A stretch of 64,000 bases of DNA from Lama glama (lineage: Eukaryota): the NCBI GenBank assembly GCA_028534125.1, contig CM052816.1, positions 3,722,001-3,786,000 on the forward strand. Reading direction: 5' to 3'. Of the stretch, positions 37,861 through 51,469 are shown piece by piece. A program made the translations under genes and the position numbers. Under the pieces are notes generated by a model. It ran no database searches, had not been told where the DNA came from, and was given only the letters and a program-made list of their open reading frames with translations. Each line of letters starts with the position of its first letter. Position 1 is the first letter of the stretch.

Positions 37861-38269
37861 ACCTCTCTGCATTACCTAATCCTCACAACCCATCTGCGGA
37901 CTAAGTCAGGCGTATCTTCTATCTCCAATATTCTGTTTCCTGATTTCAAGGGATCTCCCTCCATGTGGCCGGTTCACCATTACTGTTCAAATCCCCATAT
38001 CTTCAAATACTATCTGTCTGCCCTGAATATTATTCAAATAATTCTACTCAGGAAAAAAAACTCCCAACAGCTTTGATCAAGGTTTATAGCAAGAGATAAA
38101 ATAAAACCAGTCATTCCATTTTGTTGCCGTGTCAAAATATTACAATTTAGCTTCAATTGATCTATTATGTTAACACGCTGGGAAACAGAGTCTTTGCTAC
38201 GTCAGGGTTCAAACAAAGAGCCTCATTCTATCCTGGGACACCTGGCTGTAATCCTCTCATATACCTGGT

Positions 38270-39250
38270 AAAAAAATGCTTTATTTTCTAGTTTGGGCTT
38301 ATTTCCCCCTCCTAATGTTGAATCCTTTTTCTCTAGGTTCCATTTTCTGGGAAATAGCCTCAGCATTAAGTTCCAATCTTCCTGTTGATTTTTTTTTTAT
38401 TCTACTATCATACTTCTAATTTTCATGAGCTTTTTGTTATTCTTTGAACTTTCATTTTAATATCATCCCTTCCTTGTTTGATTGGCACACTATCCTCTCT
38501 TAGATGGGAATAAAAATACTGCCTGGAAGGTCTGTGTTTCTGGAAGCATAAACCTTGCCATAGGGTACAGTAGTGGGGATTTGGCTAATGCAATGGAGAA
38601 TCTCCAATGTCATTGTCTGTGGGCTGGTTTCACTGAAGATGAATTCTCTAAACTCCTGCCAGGAAGGTGGTGGGCTGCCAGGTATATAGAAATCAGTCCT
38701 GCGTGTTGGAGGAGGAGAGGACCGGGCATTTTGCTGTTCAGTTGACAGACTTTCAATTAAACCTGTTCTCAGTGCCTCACTCCAGACTTCCTCGCTGTCT
38801 AACATCCAGGGCCGAGTTGTTCTAGTTAAACTCTCCAGAAAACCAGCCTCCTATGTCCTGCTAGGCTGGAAAGAGGTACTTCCCTAGTTGTGGGTCAACT
38901 GGGGATGCCATCTCGGGATAGATGCTGAGTTTAACTGGTTTTTGTGCAGATTTTCCAACCAGTTCTTTCTGTCAGCCCCACTCCAGGGTGCACTGTGACT
39001 CCTGCGGGCCCTGGGCACTGCGCCCAACATGCCTCGTGGATGAGTGACCCTACTCCGCTATGCCACACAGTGGCTCTCAGTCCTACAGGGGCTCCTGGTT
39101 CCCAAGCCTTTCCAGGGCTCTGTCCCATGGATCCTCCCATTTTCTTATTTTGCTTCCTCCACTGCAGGTTTGCAGATTCCAGCTCTGCTGGGTCCGCCCC
39201 CTCTCATCAACCCACTTTTCATCAGTTCTTTCCATGAGTTTTTCTTCCTT
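38270..39250 (-). mobile_element. Degraded old L1 fragment
   Basis: T-rich run typical of antisense L1 ORF1/5' sequence; weak recognition. Confidence 0.4.
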
Positions 39251-40289
39251 TCTCTGTGACCCTGTAAGTTTACCCCTCCTTCAGTTTTGTCCTCCACGTG
39301 CTGTCTTGGGGTCTCATCTCTCACTGCTGTCAGTCTGTCCAGCTCTAGAGCCATGTCATGCCTCTGCCTTCCTAAGAGGAAAGCAGGTTAAACCTATAAG
39401 TCAAGAGCAGGTAGTGTATGGTCCAGGACCCAAGAGCTTCTCTTCAGCATTGTATATATACCGACTGTCTAGAACACACTATATATTGCCCTCGGCCCTG
39501 GAGAGCGGGAAACATATGATCTTGATCTTGGAGAAGCTCCCTGCCCAGCGGGAGACTAAGCCAATGGGAAATAACCATGGTCATAATATGATATCACTTC
39601 CATTGGGATCTATGCTCTCCTAGTAGGAAAGGCACAGATTTTAATATTTGCTTTTCATGGCAGCCAGATCAACACAGTGTGTTCTGAAGTTACTTTGCTT
39701 GATAACCCTGCTCAGTTGTATAATTTCCTTGCCCACGGAGGAGCTAGTGATCTGATCTGGGAGTGCAGATAAGCAGAGAAAACCTGGAGACAGCACATCT
39801 ACAACTTCCAAGTTCAGGGAAGGCTTTCCACTCTCAGTGGGAACGAAGGTCAGAGAAGGAAGGGATGACCCCGGCTGGAAGCCTGAGGTGTCTCCCCAGA
39901 GGAGCAGGTGGCTGGCTTCTCTTATCCTCCCAACAAAAAGGCAGGGCAGTTCACAATAGCATGGTTTCCACCTAATGCTGACAGAGAAAACAGGGGAGGC
40001 TGGCCTGAGATGTAACGGTGCAGAGTGGGAGCTCCGGAGTCAGATTTAGGTTTGAATCACAACTCTACTTCTGATTAACTGTGTGGCATTGGGTAAACCA
40101 TATCTATTCTCTAAACCTCAGTTTCTATATTTATGAGAGGAAGTTAAAGGCTACCTAATGGTGAAGATATGACGATTAACAAAGACAGTATATGTCAAGG
40201 GCCCAGCACAGTAGCTACCAAAATACTTCCATCAACTGTAGTAACAAAGAAACAGACAAAACCTACAGTAGGAAGGTTCCTTGGGAAAT

Positions 40290-41255
40290 TGTCAATTCAA
40301 GGACAGGGGGGCAAGAAATATGAGAGATGAACCTGGAACATTCTGCAGTGCCAGAACGGAAGGAAATGCTCAAAAGCAAAACAAACAAAGAGAAAACCAT
40401 TGTGGGAGCATGTCAAAGGGACACAGGGACAAGTAAAAGAGCTCTGGATGGCCAAAACTGGTACAATATGAACAACAAAACAAGTATGATAGCATTGAAT
40501 TACAACCCAAGGCATAAAATAAATACCCATGAGTTCATTCCGATATAAATCAATGATTCACTAGATCAATGTGAGGGAATAAATAAATCTCCCATGCAAA
40601 ACTCCAAACAATTTTCAGAGTTGACTCCCTACTCCTTAAAGATGTACATACAACTCCTTAAGGACCTGTACATAGTGACTTTCTTTTGAAGCATACAGCA
40701 TGGAAAGGCAGATACGGACTTTACAGTGGAGAGATGTGACAAACACCACCTCAGCCAGGCGATTGAGCTCAATGTCCACAGTGGGAGGTCATGTTGCTGG
40801 TATGCATTCTTGTTACAGGTGAAGAGAGTGACCCTTTACTTTTGGGGTCTTCGTCTTCAAAACCCATAACCTCCATCTCGTCATGGGAAAAATGTCAGAC
40901 AAATCTCAGGGGAGGGTCATTTTGCAAAACATACTCCTCAAAATTGGTAAGGGCATCAAACCCAAGGAAAGTATGACGAAGTGTCACAGCCAAGTAGTGC
41001 CTAAAGGAACATGACCAATAAAGGTCCTGGACAAGATCCTTGGATATTAAAAGACAATTAGGTCAAAACTGAGAAAATCTGGATAAAGGGGGACTTCAGT
41101 TAGTAATAATATATCAATATCGGTTCATTAACTGAGACAAAGGTACCATACTCATGCCATGTGCCAGTCATAGGGGAGATGGGCTGCCAGGTATATAAGA
41201 ACGCTCTGTGCTATCTCTACAAATTTTCTGTATACATAAAACTACTCAAAAAAAT
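40290..41255 (+). mobile_element. Old L1 (L1MC/MD-like) 3' region
   Basis: Motifs gatgaacctggaacattctgcagtgccagaa, caaggcataaaataaatacccatgag and aataatatatcaatatcggttcattaa. Confidence 0.7.
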
Positions 41256-41834
41256 TTTAAGTGGTTTTTTTTTGAAAGCTATATTACACTGCCAAATTCC
41301 AAGATCTACAACTTCAGAAGGGATCTCAGAATGGCACTCATCTCTGAGAAGGCAGGAAGCTTAACATGTCACAGACCGGTGATTTCACTCTGGAGTGGAT
41401 CACGTTACTAGCAAATTCTCCTTTAAACAGATCTATTTCCATGGGACTTTGACTTTAGGAATATCAAATTAGACAATGGTGGGTGGGCCTCTCAAGGCCA
41501 GTTCTCTACCCAGCGCTCTCACTCATTCTCCCCTGGGCAGCTCCCAGAAAACACGGTAATCAGAAGTCACCAGCTTCCTTGTGGTAGGAACCATAACACT
41601 GTTTACAGTGATCAGTGTTCACTAAATAATACTAACTCCTGATATGACTAGAAAAAGGAAACTGACCCAAATTTAGATGTCATTAACATCATCCCCAAAA
41701 GTAGTTTGTGAATTTATCCCCAGCAACCATTGCATATCTCATTAGCATCATTATTATTTTGAATAGGATGCTTTAGTTGTTTCTGAACTGATCCTTGTAA
41801 AAACATGACAAGTATTTTACAACAATACCTTCGG

Positions 41835-42001
41835 CACAGGGAACAATACTCAGTATCTTGTAATAAGCTTGAATGAAAAAGAATAAGAAAAGGAATCTAT
41901 GTGTGTATATGCATGACTGGAACGTTAAGCTGTGCACCAGAAATTGACACACTGTAACCAACTATACTTCAATTAAAAAAAAAAAACACCAAAAAGCAAA
42001 A
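41835..42001 (+). mobile_element. L1 3'-end insertion with polyA
   Basis: cacagggaacaatactcagtatcttgtaata...caccagaaattgacacactgtaaccaactatacttcaatt(A)n. Degenerate TSD aacaataccttcgg / aatagtactttcgg. Confidence 0.82.
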
Positions 42002-42764
42002 AATAGTACTTTCGGATGGTTATTTCTACTTTACTTTGTAATATCTTTTTATAAGGGGGCATGGGTGGATTTCTACTGTTTTGAAAACGTTTTCTTGTCA
42101 TGAATAAGGAAGCTACACTGCGAAACACTGACTCAGACTAAGCTGGGAACTGGTTCAGTTTTTCCATCACAGCATCCGTGTACAGATACTCTCTATGCTG
42201 TGCCTGGATTTGGGTGCATTCAGGTCCCTCTCGATATTTAACTAAGTTGAGCTGTTCTGTTCAGTGATTCTTTTGTGGGGTTATGTTAGCATGTCAACAC
42301 TGGAAGGGGACTGCCAACTTCTCTAGTGCCTGGCACATTCCTGGCACCCACTAAGCTTTCAATAAACAGCTGTTGAATGCTCAGATCAAATTAAGAATCG
42401 AGAGAGTGAGAGTTGTCAACAAAAAAAGTAATTAAATGAAGGCTGACAAATGAGAGTTTTCAAAAGGCAAACTATGAAGCATGGCTGTTGTGTTGGTCTA
42501 AGCACAAGAAACTGAGAGCAGTGGAAAGAGGCAGGACAGAGCTGTCATCAACAAAGACTTGTTTACCACCCACTGGAGTCCAAGGAACTGTAGGCGATAA
42601 CACATAAGAGTTGAGACACTGAGACTCGAGATGACAGGGAGAAGCAGGGGCACAAATCGTTTCCCCCAATTGTTGCTGACATAAAGGCTGAAAGATGCCT
42701 GGCATCTTCTCTGGGTTTGGAGGACCCATCTGGCACATGATATGGAATATGCTCTCTTTCAACT

Positions 42765-44170
42765 GGCATTGATTCATTCCATTAACATTTTAAAGGCATC
42801 TTCTAGGCAGAAAGCACTGTTCCAAGTACTGAGCAGGTGGCCTCTGCTCTTCTGGAGCTGACAAGCCCTGGTGGGGAGGATCGGCACGAAATTAAGAGTT
42901 CCTTAGATGATTACATAATTGCAATTGCAATGAGTACAACGAACGGGAAGTGCAAGCTGAAATGAGCACACATGCCGGGGAAACCTACCCGAAGCTGGGC
43001 AGTCAGCGAAGGTCTTCTTAAAGGAGAGGCGTTTTGGCTGAGATCATAGAGGTCAATGGGAATGAGTTAGCTGAACCGAAGGAGAAAGAACTTTTCAGAC
43101 AGTGATAAACATGCGCACTGGCTCGGGGTGGGCGGGGGCTGGTATATTTAAGGGACAGAGAGAAAGGACAAGGTGGTTGTGGTTTACAGATCAAAGGAGG
43201 GAGGGGAACAGATTCCCCAAGTCTGCCATCAGCTTGGCTAACTCTGCCCACACTGTCCTCTGATGAACAGAAATTTGTGATCTTGATGTAAGAAAATGCA
43301 TTTATTTCTCCTTAAAGATGGTTCCTTGGGGTTTCACAAAGAAATCCTTTCCTGCCTGAGTTCATTTGTTATGTTCTCTTCTATCACATTTGAGTTTCAC
43401 TTCTCATACAAAGTCTTTATTGCCCATATAATTCACTTTTGTATACAGCTTAGGTGGGAATTCAGACAAGCCACTGTCCTCAACACTACCTACCAAGAGA
43501 TTATTCCTTTCCCTGCCAGTAGGTGGTGCTCCCTTTACCATATATTTATTCCCAAATAAACATGAGTCTGTCTCAGAGCCTGTTCCATAGTCTGTTTCTG
43601 CATCAATACTGTACTTTGCTATTTCTATGGTTTGTGGTACGTCTTTAAGTAGTTGATAGATCCATCTGCCCACTTTGCTCTTATAAGCCAGTTAAATGAT
43701 ACTAAGCTTTCTTCAGAAGTGGGAAGTCACTGAAAGGTTTTAAGCAGGGGAGGGATCTGAGCGGATTCTCATCTAAACATGGTCACTCTGGCTAAGTTGT
43801 GAGGATTGACAAGAAAGAGGCAACACTTGATGTGGGAAACCAGGTGGGAGATTACTGCACTCATCCGGGTGAGAAATGATGACAGCCAGAACTGGAGTGG
43901 GGGAAGGGAAGACAAGGAGAGAAGTTAAATATATTTATTCTAAAACTGGTAAGTGACTAGGTTTGGGAATGAGGAAGGGGTAGAGTCAAGAATGGCTCTT
44001 CCATTTCCTGGCAACTGGAGAAGCAGTAGGCTGCTTACTCAGACAGAGAACAGTGAGGGAAAGAGTATTTGAGGGGAGAGTTTGTTATGTGGAAGGTTGG
44101 GGACTTAAGAATTCAACCTGGGACACATTAAGTAGGAATTGCTTCTGAGTCCGATAAATTGAGGGGTGGA
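42765..44170 (-). mobile_element. L2 remnant split by an L1M
   Basis: Motifs attgattcattcc, gggaagtcactgaaaggttttaagcagggg and catccgggtgagaaatgatgac. Confidence 0.65.
43235..43680 (-). mobile_element. Old L1M fragment interrupting an L2
   Basis: ctgatgaacagaaatttgtgatcttgatgtaa...agaaatcctttcctgcc resembles antisense L1 ORF2. Confidence 0.5.
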
Positions 44171-45215
44171 GTTGGCATTTCTTTTTACTCTACATCACAG
44201 CTTTTAAGTTCCACTGTACATCCACAGTGAACACTAAAAGCTCCTTTAGCAAAATGTTCACAATTAAACTATCTCAGCTGACAAAACTCACAGAGGAATC
44301 TGTGCATTTTCATGTTGATTTTTTTTTTGGCAGCTTAAAATTTGCTTTCTACTTTCTCTGGAAAGCATTACTGGGGCTCCTGTAAGAGGGCAGACATACA
44401 CTCATGCAATCATTAACTTAAAGGTAGCATCTCCAGTTAAATTTCTCATTGTTTGAAGGTTACAAAGAATTGAACTAAATTTCTCAGGGAGAGAAAAGTC
44501 AGTGATTCTTCTGGCATGCGTGTGTGGGTACGTGTGTAGGTGGGTGCTGAGGCGAGGGGAAGGGAGGGGTTCTCATTACATATACAGTAAACAAGTCAGC
44601 GGGAGACAACATTCTCAGTTAATTTACATTTGCTAGTCAAGGTTCCTGAAATGTAGCGAACCCCAAAGGAGAAGAGAAAATGTGATACATTTTCCTCTTT
44701 GGGGGTAAGGTCAGATCTGTGGGTTACATGGGACACCTTGGCTAAGAATGACTTCTTCCACAGTCCAACCCAAGAGCCCACTCAGCCTGGACTGAGTTCT
44801 AAGGGAGGGCAACTGGTGCAGAGGTGGCTTTGGAGGTGTGTAAAGAGGCAGATGTTTTATCCTTGCTTGGCTGGGGAAGTCAAAGTCAGAGCTCAACTGG
44901 TTCCGTTTTTATGCGCCCAACACGGTGCTAGGAATTGTAACAGCAGTGTAAAAAAGTCATCTTGAGCCTTTGCTGTCTTTGGAAAGATAGCATTAAGATT
45001 CAAATAACAATCCAAAACCAATGTGGCATCAGAGACAGACTGTGAAGTGGCGCCCGTCAATGTCCAACGCACTTTCCTATAATTTAGCTCAGGTGGCAAT
45101 TTCACCCTCCCAGCATGTAACATGATGCCAGCTTCAGTAACTGCTTCAACCTTCTTTCTGGTATTTCCTAGCGTTCTGCAGAAAGCTTTTTCTTAATATA
45201 TGAGTAGCCATTCTT

Positions 45216-46168
45216 TTTTTAAATTGAAATAAAGTTGATTTGCAACATTGTGTTAGTTCAGCAAAGTGGTTCAGTTTTATATTTTTTTCAGATTATATTC
45301 CATGGTAGGCTATTACAAGATGTTGAATATAATTCCCTGTGCTCTACAGTAAATCCTTGTTGCTTATCTATTTTATATACAGTAGTTTGTATCTGTTAAG
45401 CCCATAGTCCCAATTTGTCCCTCCCTCCCTCTTCTCTTTGCTAATCATAAGTTTGTTTTCTATGTCTGTAGGTTTCTTTATTTCGTATATAGCTTCATTT
45501 GTATTATTTTTTGGATTCCACAAATAAATGATATCATATGGTATTTGTCTTTCTCTGTCTGACTTATTTCATTTCATGTTGCTGCAAATGACATTCTTTC
45601 ATTCTTTTTTATGGCTGAGTAATATTCGTGTGTGCGTGTGTTTGTGTGTGTGAGAGAGAGACAGAGATCTTAAGCCAATCGTCTATTGGGAACTTGGGTT
45701 GTTTCCATGTCTTGGCTATTATAAATACTGCTGCTATAAACACTGGGGTGCATGTATCTTTTCAAATTAGTTTTCATTTTTTCCAGATATATGCCCAGGA
45801 GCAGGATTGCTGGATCATATGGTAAGTCTGTTTTTAATTTCTTAAGGCATCTCCATACTGTTCTCCATAGTGGCTGCACCAATTTACATTCCCACCAACA
45901 GTGTAGGAGGGTTCCCTTTTCTCCATACCCCCTCCAGCGCTCATTATTTGTAGACTTTTTGGTGATGACCATTCTGTTTGGTGTGAGGTGATACCTCATT
46001 GTAGTTTTGATGTGCATTTCTCTATTAATTAGAGACATGGAACATCTTTTCATGCACTTGTTGGCCATCTGTATGTCTTCTTTGGAGAAATGTTTATTTA
46101 GGTTTTCTACTCATTTTTTGATTGGGTTGTTTGTTTGTTTGTTTGATATTGAGTTGTATGAACAGTTT
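45216..46168 (-). mobile_element. 5'-truncated LINE-1 (~950 bp)
   Basis: ORF 45670-46068 ([30 protein letters not shown]...[13 protein letters not shown]...[12 protein letters not shown]) is the L1 ORF2 C-terminus. Perfect 12-bp TSD gtagccattctt at 45204-45215 / 46169-46180, with a TTTT/AAGA endonuclease site. Confidence 0.94.
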
Positions 46169-47627
46169 GTAGCCATTCTTAAAAATAAAATAAAAATCTG
46201 ACCAAAAAGGTTTTGTTGTGGCCAGGGGTGGGGACAGGGAGTATAGGAAATTCAACATATTTTCTTCTACCTGTTAGCTCCACCATCCTTGTTAGGAGAT
46301 TATTAGCTCCTGAATTCCTACATCAACATATTTTGTTTAGCTTTGTGTACCCACGAGTTTGAAAATCTACTTAATTATAGAATTTTATTTTTCTTAAACT
46401 ACACATTGGTAGAAAACATGGCAGGACACATTTGGAGACGTGTTACTTCACAAGTCACTTTAAATACATCTGTTAATACATCTGTTAAACATCTCTGGAT
46501 TTATCTCTTTAAAAGCCATGAGCAGGCTTAGTGGAGAACCTGATGCAAGACAGGCTCTCAATAACACCTGTTGGATGGGTTAATGTCAATCCTAGTGAGT
46601 AATGTCACTGCCATTTTATAGATGAGAAGACTGAGGCTGGGTGTGGGGCATGACGTGTCCAGGCTTGCTTGCTGGTGAAGTGCAGAGAGCTCAGGACTCT
46701 GGACTCGAGCACTTCCTCTCTATTCTAATGCCATGGAATGTGAAGTCTACACCGGAGGTGTAAGAGCTGTGATGAAGGGGAGACTTTGGTAGGGGCTGGC
46801 ATGGTTAGTGAAGCCTTCACAGAGTGGGAGGGAGACATGACCAGGATTTCTGAGAAAGTCAATCAACAGAGAGAGCCTGCAGTGCACGGATGCAGCTTGG
46901 TCTTTGCCCCAAGAGGTCAAGCTGAGTCCAATCTTACAGCATTAAAACTCAATAGACTCCAAGATTAAGATATCCTGTTTTCATGGAAGTTTGTTTTTCC
47001 TAACCTGGAAAGCGACAGATGAAAACTGTTCTACTCCTGTTCTTTGCTGCAGAAATTCTGGAGGCCACACTTGCCTGACTTTTGGCCATATTTGCGAGCA
47101 GGGCTCTGCCACGCATGGTGCCCTCGCAGTGGCCCGAGCACCCCAGACCTGGGAGCACACAAGTGCGGGCTTTGTGGCTGGCCCACACACATTCCTTAGC
47201 TGTGTCTGCACGTTTTCCTCCCTCAAGCAGTGGGCCTTTTGCTTTGGATTTGACCTTTCACAGAATGGTGCGTGGCCTGCTGGGGAGGAAAAAGCATCTC
47301 TGAGCAGCAGTCTGGGTAAAGAGGATGTGAGCCTTTCAGAAACAAATACAAGTGGGGGTAGGCGCTGCTAACACAGAGAGAAAGACAATTGCTGCTCACA
47401 TCAGTCTTTCGTCGTGGGAGAGTTGCAGGGTAATTTGTTATGGAAGACACATGCCCAGCCCGACGCTGACAGACTCAATGGAGGCTGTGTCTCTTAACCT
47501 ATCAATCCCAGTGACACAGAAACCAACCAACCAACCAGCCAGCCCACCTCAGACTCCTAACCCTGGGTCACTTGAGCCTATCCTTTGGCTGCGCTATTGT
47601 GGTTGTGCTGGGCTTTGGAACCACACA

Positions 47628-48146
47628 TGTAATAGAAAAGAACAAATCTGACTCCATATTAGATCTGTTCCTTTGGCTTTAACCCTGTCCCGTTTCCTAG
47701 GCTTAGTCTTGCTGGCTCTGCACCTTTTGTGAAAGAACAGTGCCTGTAGCCTGAAATATATAGGAGAGCCTATTCTCAAGGCTCTGACCCTTAAGGATAT
47801 TAACACTTTCGCACTTACATAAAGATAACAAGTTGCAGAATAGAAAATAACGTTTGTTTTGTGGCAGGTTTACAGGGACACCATGAACTGACCCACTTGG
47901 ACAGCTGCAAGAACAAAGAATTCCTACACCAAGAAGTTTGCAACAACCGACCACACCCCCTCCCCTTTTTAGTATAAAATGAGCCTGAATTCTGACTTGA
48001 GTAGCATGGTGCTCCAAGACATTAACCTGCCGTCCTCTCGGTCTGCCTGCTTTCCGAATAAAGTCCCTATTCCTTGCCCCATCACCTCGCCTCCCAATTT
48101 ATCGGCCTGTCGTGCGACGAGCAGAATGAGTTTGGACTTGGTAACA
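47628..48146 (+). mobile_element. Solo ERV LTR, same family as 4765-5266, inserted into a MIR
   Basis: TGTAAT...GGTAACA termini. Shares blocks gaacaaatctgactccata, gagcctgaattctgactt, ttccgaataaagtc and gagcagaatgagt with the first copy. TSD caca/caga with one mismatch; TATA agtataaaa near 47971. Confidence 0.9.
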
Positions 48147-49854
48147 CAGAGACCTCAGCTGAGACCCAGCTTTGACGTTTCTGAGTTCAGAGCCCTAGGC
48201 CACACAGCCTGGAGTTTCCTCAACTGGAAAATGGGGACAATCATGTGGAAAACAGGGCAGTAAGAGTAGCTCCCCTACAGAGCTGAAAGGATTAACTGAG
48301 ACAGCACAGGTAAGAAACGTAGCATCGCGCTTGTACCTTTAACCACATACATGTATATATGTAAAAGCGCATCCGTCCCTGATGCTGATGGCTGATAAGT
48401 TCTGCCCACCCCAACACACCGGAAGAGCTATGAGGACATGAAACATTTCTGCTTGTCCCTGGTGGTTAAGAACCTACTGTTAGGCAGATGAGCAGGTACA
48501 GAATGTGGCTCCTCTATGGGCTAGTGGTGTGAACGAACAAAAGTGACTTAGCCTCTCTGTGTCTGAGTCGCCTCACCTATAAAGTGAAGGGAGGGTAGTA
48601 CCCACCTCACAGGTTGCCGTGACCAGTAAGATAACACACACAAGGCACACAGCACAGTGCCTAAGGCGAGGGTCCAACACAGCATCTACGTCCAGGCAGG
48701 GTAGTTGACTCTCTGGAGTGATTAAGGAGGCATGGGAGGCACCTTGACCACAAAAGTGCTCCTTACAGATAAGCCTTTCTCTCCAGCTGCCCTGGAGAAC
48801 CAGGCTTGTGGAGGATGGAGACAGGGGAGGTAAGTGTTGACTTAAAGTGAGGACATGAACACTAATTCCATATGGGGTCCTACACCAGGTCCACCTGGAT
48901 GAGGAATTCACAAAGAGTAAGCAGACAAGGAAAGAGGGTATTCAAACAAAGTATTTTATACTTGAGGCACTATCTGCACTTTGTATCCATGTAATTATCA
49001 GATGTACAGAAAGGTTAAGCAGTAATAATCCCCAGGTCACACAGAACCTGACTGAGAACCCAGGCTTATAGACTTAATACAGCACCGAGACCTTCATGTC
49101 ATGCCTCCTGAGTCTTCACAGCTCTTAAGAAGTGGCGGATAATATGTGATTTTAATTTTCTTGCTCAAAAAAAAAAAAGGAAATGAGCATGCATTATTTT
49201 CACAACCATTAAAAATCATGAATATACAATATGTTCATAATCAGGAATATCATGAATATAAAATACAAGAATATATTCATAAAAGAACATGACATATCAT
49301 TAAATAAACAAGTATGGAAAAATACAGGCAATGTGTACGTTTCTTAATTATTTTTGTGTGCTCTTAATTTCCTTCTTGGCAGGTCAAAAATGTCTAACTT
49401 CTTGGGCAGGTCAAATGGCAGAGAAGAGGAGCGATTTTGTAGTTGTCATTTATCCTTTTAAAACAAAGCTAAGTTCCTGTAGGAAAAGCATATGTGTTCT
49501 CAGCTCTCATCACTAAGTATTACTACACTGTATTAGCGTAGTTGAAAAGGGGAGAGGTCTAATGAGGAAATCAGTTAAACTATGGTTAAGTTGGTGGAAG
49601 TCTGTATTAGCCCACAAATACATCTCCTCCCACATTCTACAGAAAAGCATCATGTGGCCAAGTACTTTGGCTTATGGGTGCTTAACTCAGTTGTTGAAAA
49701 ACATGGCCAGAACTGATATGAGGTTCCAATCGAAATGGAGAGATCAGTTCAGGCTTTGATGTGTCCCAGGGCTCCAAGCCTACAGCAATGCTATGGTAAC
49801 ATCGACACCAAGAGCAACAACACATGGAAACCAGTAAGTAGTAGCTGGACTCAA

Positions 49855-50610
49855 AAATCAGACAACTCTTCACATCCACTAAGATGGCAACTGTCATCAC
49901 CACCACCATTATCAGAAAATAATGAATGTTGGCAAGGATGTGGAGAGCTGGAACCCTCAACCACTGCCGGTGGGAAAGAAAACTGGGGCAGCCACTATGG
50001 AAAACAGTTGGGCAGTTCCTCGGTAAGTTAAACATAGAATTACCACATCGCTCAGCAGTTCTGCTCTTTGGTGTAAACCCAAAGAACTGAAAACGATGTT
50101 TAAAAAAGCCTTCACACAAATGTTCATAGCAGCACTATTGACAATATTCAAAGGGTGGAAACAACCCAAATGCCCAGCAACAGCTGAACGGGTAAAGCAA
50201 ATGTGGTATATTCACATAAGGAAGTATTTTTCAGCCAGGAAGAGGAATGGAATGCTCACATAGCCCACAACGTGAATGAACCTTGAAAACACTGTGCTAA
50301 GTAAAAGAAGTAAGATGTAAAGGGCCACATACTGTATGATTCCATTTATATGAAATATCCAGAATAGGCATCACAGCATAGGGACAGAGAGCAGACGAGT
50401 GCTTGCCAGGAGCTGGGGGGAGAGGCTACTCTGGAGTGGCTACTTAATAGATCTAGGATTTTTTGTTTGGGGTAATAAAATGTTGTGAATTAAATGGTGC
50501 TGGTGGTTGCACAACACCGTGAAGGTACTTAATGCCACCGAATTGTACACTTGAAATTGATGCCAAAAGCACATTTTATTTTATGTTATGTGTATTTCCC
50601 CACAGTTAAA
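49855..50610 (+). mobile_element. Old L1 (L1MB/MC-like) ORF2 end and 3'UTR
   Basis: Motifs tgttggcaaggatgtggag, caaatgttcatagcagcactatt, gaatgaaccttgaaaac and tgtatgattccatttatatgaaatatccagaataggca. Confidence 0.82.
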
Positions 50611-50797
50611 AAAGAAATTGGGCAACCCTCTGCATGAGCCAGAAACAGAACCGCTAACTGGACGGTGGACTACAGATACAGGCCTGCTGACAGGAAGGTC
50701 AACGAGCGGGCTATGGCGATTTTGTACTAGGCTCAGGCAAAGTAGAGGGAGCGTCAAGAGTCCTCTGTAAGAAAGAGCATCTCTTATTGGGAGGTTC

Positions 50798-51388
50798 TGA
50801 AACAGAGCAGGACCCTGTTGGGCCCTTCCAGGTACAAATCCTTTCTGTGTCCCTGTTTCTTGTTTGTAGTAAATAAGCTCATTGCTGCCTCCTTGACTGT
50901 CCCTGAGTTCCAAGGGGCAAACCAAACAGTTGCTCATCAGGGAAGGGAGGGAGTGCAGAGACTTGGGAAGAACAGTCAAGAAACACTAGTGCAGCCTTGG
51001 GGCAGGGTCCTGGTTCCTCCTCAAGGAATACGTGTAAAAATACCTTTGAGTTCTTCCGTAAGAACTAAGGCCCTCCCAGACAGAGGATGGTAACCTCATG
51101 CTGAGCACAAGATTCCTGGAGCACCGCCCTGTTACCTCACCACCAACCAATCAGAAGAAAGTCTACACACAATGGAAGATAATGAAGACTCTGACCCCTC
51201 CCCAAATGATTCTCCCTTAACAAATTTTCATGATTGAGCAGAATCTTCAGAGTTGGCTTTTGGACATGAGTCTGCCATCTCCTCGGGTGCCAACTTCCTG
51301 AATAAAGTAAGCTTTCCTTTCCCACCAGCACTTACCTCTTGAGTATTGGCTTTTGAGTGGCAAGCAGCCAAACCTGAGTTTGGTAACA
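50798..51388 (+). mobile_element. Solo ERV LTR (ERV1-like, a different family, ~591 bp)
   Basis: TGAAAC...GGTAACA termini, AATAAA at 51301, CCAAT box near 51147, and a 4-bp TSD gttc/gttt with one mismatch. Confidence 0.8.
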
Positions 51389-51469
51389 GTTTGTATGCTG
51401 GGCTTGGGGAAGAGGAGTATGTGCTAGGGAGGTTATTGTACAGTTAAAGGGGACCACTGTCTATATCAT

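Noticed and set aside
39060..39623. 187-aa ORF, also 5917-6366 and 22008-22517
   Set aside because: No recognisable protein similarity, overlap with decayed repeats, and lengths compatible with chance.
45670..46068. 132-aa ORF as a host gene
   Set aside because: It is an L1 ORF2 C-terminal remnant in a 5'-truncated element with TSDs; the same applies to 7597-7857 and 29383-29595.
46452..46495. Short tandem duplication aatacatctgtta, about 2.5 copies
   Set aside because: Ordinary slippage duplication with no spacer structure; not CRISPR-like.
4765..48146. A single giant provirus bounded by the two related LTRs
   Set aside because: Each LTR has its own TSD, no gag/pol/env or PBS/PPT is visible, and the interval contains host exons.
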